From the NCBI GenBank assembly GCA_003344405.1, contig NOWV01000028.1, positions 248,001-312,000 of the forward strand: a DNA stretch of 64,000 nt. The letters are read 5' to 3'. Both the position numbers and the translations under genes were made by a program. Below the pieces are notes generated by a model, which did no database searches, was not told where the DNA came from, and was given only the letters and a program-made list of their open reading frames with translations. Shown piece by piece: positions 14,950-26,450 of the stretch; position 1 is the first letter of the stretch; every line of letters starts with the position of its first letter. Source of the stretch: Trichoplax sp. H2 (Eukaryota).

Positions 14950-15725
14950 TGAACTGTACAGTACAGTACAGTACAGTACTGTCGAGTTTTCAACTGTATC
15001 TTCTTGAGTCCATTGTCCACTACGCCATACAGTACTGTACTATTGCCTTATACTGTACTGTACTGTACAGTGCACGGTCCTGTACAGTAAACTGTACGGT
15101 GCAGTATTGAGCATGGACCTCTACAGTACGAAGTGTACAGTCCAGTCCTATGGAATGGAAGTATACTGTAGTACTGTAGGAAGACTTCCCTGACACTTTG
15201 TACTGGACTCCACAGTGTACAGTATCTGCCTACAGTACTTTTCAGCGTCATTGGATTGTACTGTAGTACACACTACAGTATACTGTACTGCGCTAGAGTT
15301 ATTCGATTGCAGCGAATTCACTTTCTGTTATACAAACTTGTAATGATAATGCGTTACAAGTGTGAACGGCGTATAGAAGCCGCCGCAGAGAATTGTACTG
15401 TACTGTACACTAGTACAGTATGACTTTCGACCGTGTTAGGGTTTTTACTGTAGCCTGTACGGTCCAGCAGACTGCGTTCCGAAGCTTCATTGGATCTGAT
15501 CGATGACCTTTCTAGCCAAGTACCACACAGTACAATACTGTACATCGGATTCTATCGGGTTCCGCTATTTTGGGTCCAATGAACTTGATCATCTGTAAGC
15601 TATGTACTGTACTGTACACTGTAGAATACCGTACAGTGTACAGTACTGTACAGTACAGTACTGTACTGTACTGTACTGTAGTCCAAGACTCCACGGTCGT
15701 ACCGTAGAATGACAATGACTACAGT
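14950..15725. repeat. Mixed-orientation TACAG/TACTG pentamer field in the divergent GLCE / PH-adaptor promoter region
   Basis: Runs such as tacagtactgtacagtacagtactgtactgtactgtactgta (15639-15680) and gtacagtacagtacagtacagtactgt (~14956-14982). Confidence 0.9.
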
Positions 15726-16138
15726 AGACTAGGGTGAACAAACACACACTCAGTGTACAAAAACACTCATCTGCGCAGCATATTATCTGTACAAATATTA
15801 GGGCTAGGGTTAGCGTTGTGTTACGGTCCGGTACGGTATTGTGCTGCAGTTCTGTACCGGTACCAACACCAGTCATGATCACAATCCAGCAAGAGTACAG
15901 TCTAGAAAAAGACACTCTGCCCATGGCACTGTATGGTACTGCGCGATACGCCTGCCTATGAGTCCATTTAGCGCAGTAATCAAGGTTGACACCATCAGAA
16001 GCTTCACCCCTTCTTTAGCTACAGATGCAACAAGGCGTCGACATCTTGTGATCCGGTGACATCCCAAGCGGTCGTCAAGTCAACGTGATGATTCTTCCTT
16101 GCCAATTTCAATCAGTCTAAGCTGCAATCGAAATCTTA

Positions 16139-19100
16139 ATGGAAGGTTTGTTGTCATTTATTGGCATTCTTCGATGCCTTTCTACAGCTTCACTTGTTCG
16201 ATATTCAATCCATTGAATAATCAATCAAAGTAGATGGGTATTACAGGCCATGTTTCCCCCTCCAGTCGACAGTTGTTGTTATCACCCCCAAACTAGTTAT
16301 CGTCATGCCTAGGTGATTCAACCTTACTTTACAGCTTCTTTGCACGTAGACTTCTTGTATCATCTAGACCCAATCAGCTTTAATGCAGTCAGCATACAAC
16401 CATTTTATTACACCACTAGGATAGACTTATGATGGTAGTCATGGTAAGCAAGGACAATCTGCACAAGAGTGAAAAGGGAAAACAATACTTTACAGTACAG
16501 TATATTGATTTAATGGAGAAGCAATATTGTTGAAAGCCGGTCAACCTGGTTGCAAGCTATACAATCTTGTTTGAATCAAATTACCAAATGAGGATTCTCT
16601 CCATCAACAACGATATCCAATCGACAATCAGCTTAGTTCACTCTTGTAGACTACATCCTCTCTACCTTTTTATACCCCATCAACGATTTAAAGTTGTTGA
16701 TCAATTCGTATGTGTATTGTTGATGATTTTTTTTTTTTCTTTTTTCTCTTTCCAATGCCATTTGGATCTATCTGCTGTACTACCATGAAATTGCCTTCAT
16801 GAATTGGCCATGCTCATTATCGTTCTTGTTTTGTTACCATCCAATTGCGATATTCTGACCGTCGCCCGCACACATGCAACTTAGATGCCAATATAGTTCG
16901 TACCATTTCTCGTATTATTCAATATTTCGACGAGATTTTAATCAATGAAAAATTATCAGCAAGAGCTGAACAACTTCGACTTGACTTATTACGATTAGCA
17001 ACTGATTTACAACAAGTTGCACAAGCCAGTGAATTATCACGCAGTTCAAGATGGAATAGTACTCGTGGTCGATGGTCTGCCGCTGGCCAAAAAGATGCTC
17101 AAGATTTTGTATCTGTTCAACGTCAGATTGCACGAGGTGAAGTCGCTCGTCAACATGCTCACTATAAGACGATGCCGTGTAGGATACGCAAGCCTCGTCC
17201 CCAACTCTTTCAATCATGGTTAAAAGGAGATCAAGTCGAGGTCAGTTTCATCATACTGCTGTAATATTGCTTCAAAATGATTGCACTACAAGTAGACAGT
17301 AAAAAACTTCAAATTACAACCCCCAACGTAGCTTTAGCTTCTGTTCATACGATCTACTCGGATCCAAATCAAACCTTATCTTGTAAACACAACAAGGAAA
17401 GACCACTTAAAATACAGTATATACGCGTATAGGACATGAGTAAAAATCTTGTATATCATCCATTTCTACAATTGATAGACCACCTAATCAATGTTGGATA
17501 TCAATGTAATTACTATTCATTGGCCTAATTGTAGACCACAACGATCATTTCCTACTCCATTTTACATTTATCCAATGATTAGAACTGTCAATGTCACGAA
17601 CAAACAGTTCAATTGAGTTGATGCAAGGGACAATGGAATGATTTACTGATTCATGTTTATCTCCTGTCTAATTTAGAGTACTATAAATGGCTTATGAAAA
17701 TGAGTTTATTTTCCACCATCAATCATTTACATAGACTCGACTATGTAAAACAAAGTGTACTACATTTCCTAGTTATGAAAGAAAATACCGCGCGCATGTT
17801 TAGCAAAACAGATTGTATTTATGTTACCCCAATCAACGTCATATTTATCCTTGACAACACTCCGTTGATGATGATTAATGTCAATATTCCTTACCTTATG
17901 AATTGCAAACGAAACATCAATCAACAAAATTGCCAGCTCGCTAGACTCGACACTTGTACTGTATACAGTGCTCATAACAACCTTCATGAAAGTTCTACTA
18001 CAATAATTATATTATTATTATTATTTTAAAGTAGAATTAAAACGATCATACCCAACACTATCCCATCATCATTAATGTATTCTATCCTAGGACGACTTGA
18101 ATTGTTAATTAAAACTGGACATTGCCAACATACAGTACAGTACAGTAGTATCCTAATCGCCAATGATGATCTACTCGCGGTTGCACTTTGACCTTATAAA
18201 CAAAGTCAATTTATTCCATCTTGTAAGTTGGATTGTTTGATTTCTGCCACACTGGCGTCAAAGTCTCAATCCTCCCTACAGGGTTTCTATATTTGGTCTT
18301 AGTTAATGTTATATGAACTACACTTTATACAGCATACCATGAATAAGGATCGCCTTATCAGTGTTCCATTTTGAGGAGGACGATTAAATCAAAATGACCG
18401 TCACCAAGTAGTGCTTTCACCTAAGAATGATGCATGCTTAGGTTGCTGCACTGTATAAGATCGCAATTAGCGTATACCGTAGTTCGTAGACTCTTCAAAA
18501 CTATAGACATCAGTGTATGACTATTAACCGTAACAATTATTGGACTAATAAAGAAAGATACATGCTTAAAAAGTGGCTATATTATAGAAGATCGCATGTG
18601 TGCGTATACTGTAGTTCATAGATTCTTAAAACTAGACATTAACGTGTGAGTATGAACCCCCAAAGGTTATCTATCTCAGCAAAGCAATATTAAATGAATA
18701 TACATCAATTCTTCGATTAAATCAAAATGACCGTCACCAAGTAGTGCTTTCACCCAAGAATGATGCATGCTTAGGTTGCTGCAGTGTATAAGACCGCAAT
18801 TAGCCTATACCGTAGTTCGTAGACTCTTCAAAACTATAGACATCAGCGTATGACTATTAATCGTTCAAAAATTATCGGACTAATAAAGAAAGATACATGC
18901 TTAAAAGGTGGCTGTATTATAGATGATCGCATGTGTGCGCATACAATAGTTCACAGATTCTTAAAACTAGACATTAGCGTATGAGTATTAACCCCCAAAG
19001 GTGATCTGTCTCAGCAAAGCAATATTAAATGAATGTACATCAATTCTTCTCGTCTAGGAGCAAGAAGATGATTCTGTCTTTGATCAACATGATTCAAATC

Positions 19101-22100
19101 AAGATCAATCAGCGATAGCAGCAAATCCCGAAGAAAATGAAAAACTAAATGAGGAACGATATCTTGAAGTAGTTGAGTCAGATTCGGAAAAAAATGGAAC
19201 AAATAGCCCAAAGCCACAAACAAATACGCAGGAATCGATCCAATTTAAGCAAGTAAATGATGTTGTTGCTATCAACATAGACGATGTTGTCCGTGTGGCC
19301 ACATTTATAGGTCAAATATGTGAATATCGTGTCGACGGAATAAAGGAAAATAAATTGCGTTGGTGTGTCATTACCAAAGAAATGGACTTGTATCTATACG
19401 ATACATTCAATCAACCTTATGTTAAAAAAATGAAGTTACCTGGTTATAAGCTTCATTTAATTAGCCAATATATGGGATCTTATCAACACTTTATCATCAA
19501 ATTAAATCATCAGGATAGAGTCCCAAAGACAATCAGCTTTGTTATGGATAGTAAGCCAGAAGTCGTAAAATGGCTGAACTTATTTTGTCTTGCCACCCAT
19601 CCTGAAAAACTGTGTAAGCTCTACCAAATAATATCGACTACTTTAATAGTAGTATCAATCAGCCAAGCATTAGTCTTAACCCCAAATATCATCTTATATT
19701 CAACTCGTGTATAAGTGTATTTAATATTTGAAATTACTAGCCATAGTTTGAAAAATTTTGATGCTATCATCATTTCAGTGTCTGTGGATCTGGTTGACGA
19801 CGAAAATCCACCATCAAAATTCCAATTACTGCAACGACAAAAGCGCAATCATCATGCAACCTTTAGAAAACGCAACGTAGCAATAGCTAGCGGAGTTAAA
19901 CAACCTAGAGCAAAATCAGTCGAGTCAAGTTATGACGATGATACATACGTGTATGACGATATATTTGCTCAGTTGAGAAAATTAAGAATGGTAGGTACAG
20001 TAGTGTCATTACTTAAAAATAATTGCACTACATCAATGACGCATACTTCTAATAACTTTCATCTATGTTACCTATTACAGTCAATATTTCATAGCAGTTT
20101 GCCAATCAATCAAGATTTTGAAAATATGCTAACTCAAATATCTGAACAAGAACAAATCAGAGTTGACGAAGAGAAATCGAAAGCTATGAGGCCTCGCAGT
20201 GAGCGTACATCTCAAGATCCAATCAACACGACTCTACGAACGACAATTGAAAATGGGGGTACTGTTCGATCGAAATCAGCTAATAGCCTTCGCTTGCCGA
20301 AACCAATCGATAGAACGATGTCAAATACAACTTCCGTTTCGACAACAGACGATTACTATGATCGTTCCGATAATATCAGCCGATACGAGATTAGCAGCGG
20401 TGCATCATCAGATGTGTACTTGCAGCCAAAATTAAAGCCAGCCCTTATCTATGAAGATGATAAATATGAGGTCCCTGTTCTATCAGAACTTGGTGCCACT
20501 GACACTAGTGTTAGGAAGGAAATGCCAATTCTTCCTAAACTTCGGAAGCCACCTTCTCCGCCCTCCTTCCGCCCGCGCAATAGAATACGACGGTTTATTA
20601 GCGATAGTTTCTCCGATAAATTCGATACTAGAGATCGAAATACAGAAGTAAGCTGTAGTATCCATTCATAACTTATTATAGATAAATAGCACGTGCATAT
20701 TATACAACTAATTAACTTAGCTTGCAGATCAGTTTACTACTGCAGCGCTAATGCAATGTATCATATTTCGCATTATTTCAATAGCGCTTTGAAAAATTAG
20801 CCAAGAAAAGTTTAGTTAGTGGTTACCTGTTACGCAGTGGAGGAGCAAATATTCAACGCAAACGTTGGTGCATCCTCACGAAGGATAGACTTTATTTCTT
20901 TGTCAAAGAAAGGGATTACTTGCCGCGTTCTATAATGAAACTGAAAGACTGTCATTTAGATGAGTCACAGTTGGCTGAGAAGGCTATTATTACGTTGATC
21001 TTTCGAAAATCGAAGCGTATTAAATTAACATGTACTAATCTGAATGAATATAATACGTGGCTTTCCGCTCTAAAATCTGCTTTAGAAGAATTTCGTGCCA
21101 CGAGCTCAGATTCTGAAAGTAATGGGGTTAGTATAAGTTGAGGAAAGATCTTCAAAAATAGGATGATAATATTCTTTCAACCTCTTTCTACTATCTGAGT
21201 ACCTTATGCCGATTTATCATCATTTTTTCCTCTTTCACTCAGTCTAAGACGCCGAAGATAGTTAATGATACCTCCGATACCTCCGATAGCGACAACACTG
21301 ATGTTGAAGATTCCCACGCTACTACCACATCTTCTGACAACACGATCAATGTCAGTCGAAGTATTACTTCTGTATCAACCAGTAAGTTGATAGTTAAATG
21401 ATATCAAGTACATAATACGCTATTGTTCGATAGCTCTAAAGAGCTGATGCGAATTGTAAATATTTCTAATGGAAGGGTAATTTTTTGTACCAGAATCAGG
21501 AATTGTAATCGTAGATAGTGATCCAAGTAGTGGAGGTAGTGTATTAAGTTTCAACTATCAGCAACCATCCTTCTTCAGAAACGCCTTCCAAGGAAAATTA
21601 GATCGTTGTATCTTTGAAAATAATAAATATGTTTGGCAAAACCGTTGGTGTGAGATCAACAGGAGTATACTATACTGCTATGTTCGTGAACGGGATAGTA
21701 TTGCTTGTGAGTTTCAGGTATCACTATATCAGTGTCGTGTTGAACCTGTTAACCTAGCGGATAAAGGTCGTCCATATGCTTTCAAACTGATTTCGTCTGA
21801 TAACCAAGAACTTGCTACCTTTGCTCATGACAATCGAGAAGCGCTACAATCCGTTATAAGACTAATTAGGCACGCTGCTGAGGTAAACCTGTGCATCTAC
21901 TTTTCGTATCATACATTTTAAAGGCACCAAACTGATACAATGACGTAAGCGAATTCTTGCAATAAAATAACTTTGTTATTTTAAATTTTATTTTAATAGA
22001 TGTCAAGTCCAGTCGATATAAATGAATATGCAAAAGCTGATAGCGATTTGGAAAGGAATGCCAAAACTACTAGTGCTAAAACGAAAAATGTCAAAAAACC

Positions 22101-24018
22101 TAAGCTACCGATGGCTCTATTTCAACAACGACCTTTACCGCCACCAGCTAGTAACCTAGGCAGAAGTAAATCATCACAAGACATTTCTAGCGAAGACGGT
22201 TAGCCTACATTGGGAATAAAACGATACTTATAAATTTTAGTAGACTGTGGTTAAATTTGAAAACTGTTAGCTTTAAATAGGAAACACTTCCCGTAATAGC
22301 CATTGAAAGGATATTTATCCTTTTTTTTACGTAACAGGCTTTTACGAAAGGAATTTACAAACTGCCCAAGGTTCAATTGACACTGAAGTCGTATACCATA
22401 CACCAACAAGTGCTACATCTAAAGGATTTAGCGAAGAAATATACGAAGATATCGATAAAGCCAAAAACGTTATCTTAGATATGTATGAAGAGGCCAGTAT
22501 AGCCACAAGCGGAGTATCTACAATTAATAAGGATAAAAACATTGAGGATTTATACGAGAAAGTGGACGATTTGAGAGAGGTAAGATGACTTTATTTTTGC
22601 TCTGGAAGCACTATTGACTTTGCTTTCATTTTATTGCTTACTTTAATATTTCAACAGAGATTACGAAAGAAATCAGTCCAGGTGAAGCCAATTACCGAGA
22701 CTAGCTCTAGTTCGAATGCTTCAAAGTCTGTAACACCCCGACATCAGTCTTCTGACTCAGCCAAAAATATTCCTACTGATTCTGATAGTGATATCGGTGC
22801 TACTTCACCCCTGTTTAACTCGGCCAATTATGCCTCACTGAATAAGTTAAAAAACATGAATAGAACTGATTCCGGTAGTAGTAGTCAAAAAAGCTTAGAG
22901 GCACCATTTCCAAGTAGAACCAGAAGTTCATTTTCAGATGGAGAAATGACAGTTATAGAAGGGGAACTAAATTTACCAAAGCAGTCAACAATGAATTTGA
23001 CCTTTAAGAAACGCTGGTGTGTAGTTAAAGCATCAGATAGTCGTAGCAGGTATAATTTTGCCCTACATACAATATACTCATATTCCAAGGCTTACTGACT
23101 GATTGTTTAGTTCATTTTTTACTATTACTAACCGATTATATTTATATCATCAACTACGATATAGATTACTCATCTTTCGACGCAAAGGCGATCGCAAACC
23201 TACTGATGAATACATTTTATCCAAATTGCAATTATTGGTTGACAGTAAACTTCCAAACGAATTTAAGCTGAAGTATATCAGTGGAGAAAACGCCGGCAGC
23301 TCTCTTCATTTTCAGGCATTTGGTAGAGAAGAAGCGGCTGCTTGGGCTGAAAAATTACTTAAGCATACCATTATTGCAACGCAATCAGATGCCTCTATAG
23401 TAGCCAGTTTCATTGCAGAAAATTCCGCTAATTCAGGCGTTAATACTCCTACTAATTTTTCTAGAACTAGGAGTAAACGGTTCTTTACAGGTAAAAACGA
23501 CTGAAAAATGATCGTTATTGCTACATTTTATATTTTGTACAATATACTAAAGTGTCATTTAATTTTTGTGATTACTAGCTATCTTTGACAATAAAGGAAG
23601 ATCGAGTAGCTTTACTGACGTACATTCAGAAAAAAAAATGGGTAAGGCGATCCAGAAACGGTTAACAGCGACTATTGAAAGGGATGAAAAGGTATCAATG
23701 TCAATAAATCAGCTGATGCAACGAGAATCGCAATTGCAAGCTCAGGTTGAAAAAATTACTTCTGATCTAAAGCGAACTAAATTGGACTTACGTAATGCCC
23801 AAGATACTCAAGTTAAAGCATCTTCTACCGAGGCTAAACTTGCTAGTAAGACATGCGAAAAATTATTTAAGAAGATGCAATCACTTGAACAGTCGTTGGA
23901 GAAAACCATACAAGATTTAAATAAGACGCAAAGTGACATCAAGCGTCTACAATCTAGACGCAGCTTTGGTGACATGCAGATATCACAGAGTTCGCCGAAA
24001 ACGAAACCTCGAAAGTAG
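16139..24018 (+). CDS. Multi-PH-domain adaptor: SKAP/AFAP-type N-terminal helical domain, 4 PH domains, C-terminal coiled coil. Exons approx. 16139-16145, 16885-17240, 19058-19613, 19779-19990, 20081-20647, 20785-21126, 21243-21381, 21494-21882, 22000-22198, 22338-22578, 22658-23049, 23165-23490, 23579-24018
   Basis: Frame-consistent GT-AG exon chain. Four PH signatures (LRWCVIT..KWLNLF; KRWCILT..TWLSAL; NRWCEIN..AFKLI; KRWCVVK..AWAEKL). Heptad-rich C-terminus. The 7-nt first exon (ATGGAAG|GTTTGT) is the least certain part. Confidence 0.82.
18381..19049. repeat. Intronic tandem duplication, 2 x ~333 bp
   Basis: cgattaaatcaaaatgaccgtcaccaagtagtgctttcacc starts at 18381 and 18714; both copies end in tacatcaattcttc. 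Confidence 0.93.
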
Positions 24019-26450
24019 AACTTGTTATTGGTCGACGATATCATAAGATGAATGTCAGATGTAGTTTTACTTAACTCAAGTCTTGTATGGACTACAATTG
24101 ATATCTTATTTTACTTTTATCTATTCATATGTGTATCTCTGCTGCAGCATAGTTCTATGATATCAACGACACTGAATCAGAATAATTTATTATCTACAGG
24201 TGTTATGCCAACTATTGCTGCTATACTTCTATCTTTAGTTATTTTCACATTTATCGTTCAAGATTTTTATTAGTAATGCGGTGTCTGATCAAAAAGTAAA
24301 TAGGTTGATATGCATTTATATACACTCATATACATAATACATATATATATATATATGCCATGATAACATCTTTTATTTGATTATTACCATAGCGTTCGAA
24401 GTTGTAGTAGTAGGCTAAGTCATATCTGTTTTAAATGCGGACTTTACACCGTGATAATTTGTCAACGGAAAAATATATACATACGCGCATATCATTATTA
24501 GAGAGTAATCTTCAGCTTATTTAACCTTTAAGGTTCAGTGACAGCTTATCAAGTCGGCATGATTATTTTAAGTAAAGCATCAGTTTATTAGACAGCATTG
24601 TAGTTATAAACTACATTATTATACACATATTCTTAGGCTGTATTCGTTTTTATTATGTTGGGATCGTTCGTAGAGTTGTAGCCGACTAAACAAATCTATG
24701 AACTAAATCTTAATTGATTTAATGCACAGACTTATCATTATTTATTCTCGGCTTTCATTTATAATAGAATTTAAAGCAAGCCTATACGTATCTAAAATCG
24801 AAATGATGTAGATATAGTATCCATTGGATCAATATAAGATGTATCTCATGCTAAAATGTATCGTTTATCATAAATTAGTTTTTATACGGTAATATTTACT
24901 TGGTGTTGACACTAATGGTCTGGATATAATGCATATTTTTATTAATGCGAGATAATGATGGCTAATGATCAGATTTTCTCCTGAAAGTTTTAACTATAAG
25001 ATGTTAACAGTTCTTGAAAATTATAAGCTTTGCTTAAAGCATATTGTGCAATTTACTTCATATTATGCCTAGGTTTTAAATTTATATCTTGGCATATTAT
25101 ATCCAAGATTCTAGCAAACACATCGTGTATGTATTCAGTATCGATGGAATGAATATGTAAATATTCAGTCATGTCGTGTGCGTAAATTTTTTCAGTTATT
25201 ATAATTAACGGTGCAAGATTAACTATTTAACGATATTGTGGTCTGTTTTTGTAAAAACTGGCATTTTACACTAGAAGGAGGGAAGTGATGTGTTAAAACT
25301 TGTACAATGCGGTGAACTTTTAACTTGGGTTATAAATGGAATGGTCGATCATGTTTTAAAGTGTGAGCTTGTTATTATTGAAGTATTTTTTAACACGCTA
25401 TCTTACTCTGTTTAGTAATAAAAATAACAATAAATAGCCATGTTTCTTGTGGAAAATAAAACTCAGCTTATGTATAACCCTTTTCTCTTATTGATATTCA
25501 ACAGTCAAATTCAGAAATTATAAACAGTAGGTATTCAATCCCAAATTATCACATTATATGACATCTACAACTATAGGAGATCGCAAAGTGTCTACGTTGC
25601 AAAAGCTACTTAAAATTGCTACAGATTTTGAGAAGCTATGATATGAGGATGGAGCGTCCAACAAAAATATTTCTCCTAATCTACTGTTATATTATTCTGA
25701 ATAGTAACCCTGTTGTAAAGGAATTAACAAGAGTCATAATGTATCATCGTATATAAGTGTCTAACCTTTTCTAAATCTGATTTCTCATTAAGCCAAGTTA
25801 AAGTTAATGTATGGCTAAATTTCGGAGATTATGTAAGTTGAAAGATATTTCTTAAGATTACTACTAGCAACACATTTTTTTGGAAATGTCACAATTTAAG
25901 AGGCTTCTGAATTGCGTATGCGTCAGTTCTAAAAATAAAATTTACTCACATAAATGCAGCAGTAAATATTGAAATTCCGTTGAATCAACCTGATGAAACT
26001 GCAATACATATTGATTGGTAATACAAATCAGCCTACTCGTCCTTTTTGATTTATGCGTAGATCTTATCACTTGAATAAATAGTCAACGGTGTGAGATAAA
26101 GTAATAACAAAAACAGATCAAGACAAGTTTAAAAAACACCATCGATTTGTAGAAGCAGCAATTAAACATGAAATAAATGATAAACAATTCATTTAATTTG
26201 ATTTAACACTTCAGCGCTTCATCCTGTCATCATTACACTTTCAAAACAAAATTGTCTCAGTTACAAACCTCGTCACTGCGTAAATAGTCTTCAAGTTAGG
26301 ATGGTCTAACACCTTATTTATTCGATCCTTTTTACGCAAGAGATGATTATGAATGAGTCAAGATTTTCTTACAACGCTAAGCCATCACTTAACCTGCATC
26401 CCCTATCTAATATACAGTGTCTATATCCGGATTTTCAATTATAAAAAATC

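Noticed and set aside
15619..15636. CTGTA..TACAG as a LexA/SOS box
   Set aside because: Eukaryotic DNA, wrong spacing, and a by-product of the pentamer field.
15797..15816. Telomere-like TTAGGGCTAGGGTTAGCG as a telomerase RNA template
   Set aside because: Degenerate, and no U-rich/A-rich pseudoknot partner is visible downstream on the minus strand.
14376..16067. Cys/Thr/Val/Gln/Tyr-rich ORFs in the promoter region (also 36528-36795)
   Set aside because: They are translations of the TACAG/TACTG repeats.
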